IMG/VR virus record: IMGVR_UViG_3300037071_002456
Coordinates: 1 to 33,142 of that record
Length of the DNA: 33,142 nucleotides
DNA from: a virus
Lineage: Duplodnaviria; Caudoviricetes
Reading direction: 5' to 3' (one strand)
In this document: piece after piece, positions 31,357 through 33,142 of the stretch
Layout of the letters: every line of letters starts with the position of its first letter
Numbering within the stretch: position 1 is the first letter of the stretch
Made by a program: the position numbers and the translations under genes
The notes under the pieces: model-generated
The model's database searches: none
The model's input: only the letters and a program-made list of their open reading frames with translations
What the model was told of the DNA's origin: nothing

Positions 31357-32468
31357 CGCTTGTTGTTCTTGCCGGTGTAGAACGACGTGGGCTTGACCGT
31401 GTCGGATAGCTCGAGCCGGATGCGGTAACGAACATCAGAGAAGGTGTCGTTGGGACCGGGAGCGGCGGTGACCTCTCTCCGGATGATCCGGTACCAGGTG
31501 AACGAGGGGATGCCGAGATGGGGGATCTTGATCTCGATGCGCATCCCTGCGCGCACCTCGTTGATCTGTGACGAGGGGACCTCGATGGCCACGTTCTCCA
31601 GGGTGTTCGTCTCGGAAGCTGAGTGGAGCAGGTAGCGGTCAGCCTTCGCTCTGGCCTTGGCCGGTGTCCTGACCTGGTTGTCGGTGACGGTGATCCTGCG
31701 TCGTCGGAACGCCGCCTCGGTCGCAAGGTTCTCGCGCTTCACCGCACCCGGAGGCTGGCCGTCGTGGATGAACCGGATGTGGGAGTAGATGTCCACCGGA
31801 CTCGTTCGGAGCTGCACTTCCCCGATGGGCGCGAACGTCGTGATCTGGTTGACGTCCGTGGCGACCGACGAGATACGCACCGCCGCCGAGAGGTTGGTGC
31901 TCGTGGCGTAGTCGTAGTACAGCCGGTTGGTGCCGTTGTAGTTGTAGACGAAGAAGTTCTTCCCCGAAGCCTCGGAGCACTCCTCCAGGACGTCGAGGGC
32001 GGTGTTCTCCCGGTGGTCCGTGGGATCCATGTCCACGCCCGTGGTCCCATCGAAGGCACCCTGCACGATGCCGTAGGTCGTGAGCGCGGCCTTGGTCAAC
32101 AGCCAGAGGATGCGCTGGCGGTCAGTCTCCGCGGGTCTGTCAGCGTCCCCGCCGGCGAGGTCGAAGTCCTCGAGCAGCGTGTTGATGTCGACGAGCATCA
32201 CGTCGTACTGCGCGTCATCGCCCGTGCTGTATGGCCCGCGGTGTCTCACGCGGTCCGCGACGTAGCCCGAATAGACGCGGTCGGGACTGGCCGTGTTCTC
32301 CAGGCACATCACGAACTTCATGGCCGGGATGTTGGTAAGGGCAGGATCGTCCACGGTCATGCCGCCGATGCCGACCTGACCTCGGAAGGCGGACTCTACG
32401 AACACGAAGTCACCGCCCCGGATGTCGTCCGTCCTATCAACGGCGTTGATGAGGATCGTCTTGCTCAC
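31353..32468 (-). CDS. Minor tail (hub/Tal-like) protein
   Basis: 371 aa directly after the tape measure; VYSGYV, ALDVLEECSEASG, KARAKADRYL, VRAGMRIEI pattern. Confidence 0.65.
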   Translation of the reverse strand: MSKTILINAVDRTDDIRGGDFVFVESAFRGQVGIGGMTVDDPALTNIPAMKFVMCLENTASPDRVYSGYVADRVRHRGPYSTGDDAQYDVMLVDINTLLEDFDLAGGDADRPAETDRQRILWLLTKAALTTYGIVQGAFDGTTGVDMDPTDHRENTALDVLEECSEASGKNFFVYNYNGTNRLYYDYATSTNLSAAVRISSVATDVNQITTFAPIGEVQLRTSPVDIYSHIRFIHDGQPPGAVKRENLATEAAFRRRRITVTDNQVRTPAKARAKADRYLLHSASETNTLENVAIEVPSSQINEVRAGMRIEIKIPHLGIPSFTWYRIIRREVTAAPGPNDTFSDVRYRIRLELSDTVKPTSFYTGKNNKR

Positions 32469-33142
32469 GAGACAACGACGCCGCCGTAACGGATGATCCG
32501 CTCGTTCTCGTTGTAGATGGTCCGGGCGTTGATGCTGACAGAGGAGCGCAGGTTGACGTTGACCCGGAGATCCTTCTGGCGGATGGCCTGCGTAGTACCG
32601 GCGACACGCTGCGCGATGATCTCGTCACCGTGCGCCTGGCTTGCGCGGAGATGCTGCGAGAGCTGGGCCAGAGTCTCGAAGCCGCTGGTGTCGGTGTTGT
32701 CAAGGTTGCGCAGAGAGTTACCGACCCGCTCGCTCATCCGGTTGACACCCGCTCCGATGCCCGCTGCCTTGTTGCGGACCTCTCCGAGGATGCGCGACGT
32801 GGCTCCTGAGCCCCGCCCGAAGGCATCGACGATGGGATTGAAGATGTCCGGTGCGAGCGTCTGACCGAGCTGGAGCACGGTCCGGTTGAGGATGGGCATC
32901 TCCTCGACCGAGATCCCCGAGCCGGAAGCTTGACGATTGAGGTTCCCGACCGATGAGGCGATCTCCGGCAGGAACTCCGCGAGGATGACCGCGCCACCGA
33001 TGAGACCGGCGACCCTGTTACTGCCGCCACCAACTGCCCCTCCGGGCGCCCCACCCGCCACCGGCCCGACGACCGTCACGTGGCCAGCGTTGATGTGCGT
33101 CAAGGACTTGAGCGCGACCGCTGCCAGTTCTCCGAGGCCACC
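32465..33142 (-). CDS. Tail tape measure protein, C-terminal part (runs off the right edge)
   Basis: Frame is open to the window end; Gly/Ala-rich helical sequence ending in VNVNLRSSVSINAR; precedes tail genes. Confidence 0.65.
   Translation of the reverse strand, partial: GGLGELAAVALKSLTHINAGHVTVVGPVAGGAPGGAVGGGSNRVAGLIGGAVILAEFLPEIASSVGNLNRQASGSGISVEEMPILNRTVLQLGQTLAPDIFNPIVDAFGRGSGATSRILGEVRNKAAGIGAGVNRMSERVGNSLRNLDNTDTSGFETLAQLSQHLRASQAHGDEIIAQRVAGTTQAIRQKDLRVNVNLRSSVSINARTIYNENERIIRYGGVVVS

Noticed and set aside
117-33054. Many long plus-strand ORFs in the track (e.g. 3792-5261, 1558-2550, 17324-18433, 12687-13598)
   Set aside because: They are antisense shadows of well-supported minus-strand genes in high-GC DNA, with no motifs or RBS.

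Overview
The window is most of a high-GC tailed (siphovirus-like) bacteriophage genome or prophage. Almost all genes are on the minus strand, tightly packed with ATGA/GTGA stop-start overlaps. Reading the minus strand from the right end: (1) tape-measure C-terminus, a tail hub-like protein and a LamG-domain tail protein; (2) a small plus-strand two-gene cassette and a divergent promoter region with a perfect DnaA box; (3) an early operon with a Cro-like HTH, a PD-(D/E)XK exonuclease, small Zn-finger proteins, an iteron-bearing replication initiator, an Hjc-like resolvase and two DNA amino-methyltransferases, both interrupted by stop-creating micro-insertions at conserved motifs; (4) a lysis-position module with membrane proteins and an HExxH zincin but no recognisable muralytic endolysin; (5) TerS, TerL, portal and a MuF-ADP-ribosyltransferase; (6) an appendage/depolymerase module with Ser/Thr-rich ~21-aa repeats inserted among the head genes; (7) prohead protease and HK97-fold capsid; (8) directly after the capsid, a translationally coupled glycan-modification cassette (FkbM methyltransferase, hexapeptide acetyltransferase, at least three GT-B glycosyltransferases) running off the left edge. 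No integrase, CI-like repressor, tRNA, rRNA, CRISPR array or reverse transcriptase was seen. All functional calls come from motif recognition by eye; no searches were run and the host cannot be fixed from the sequence.
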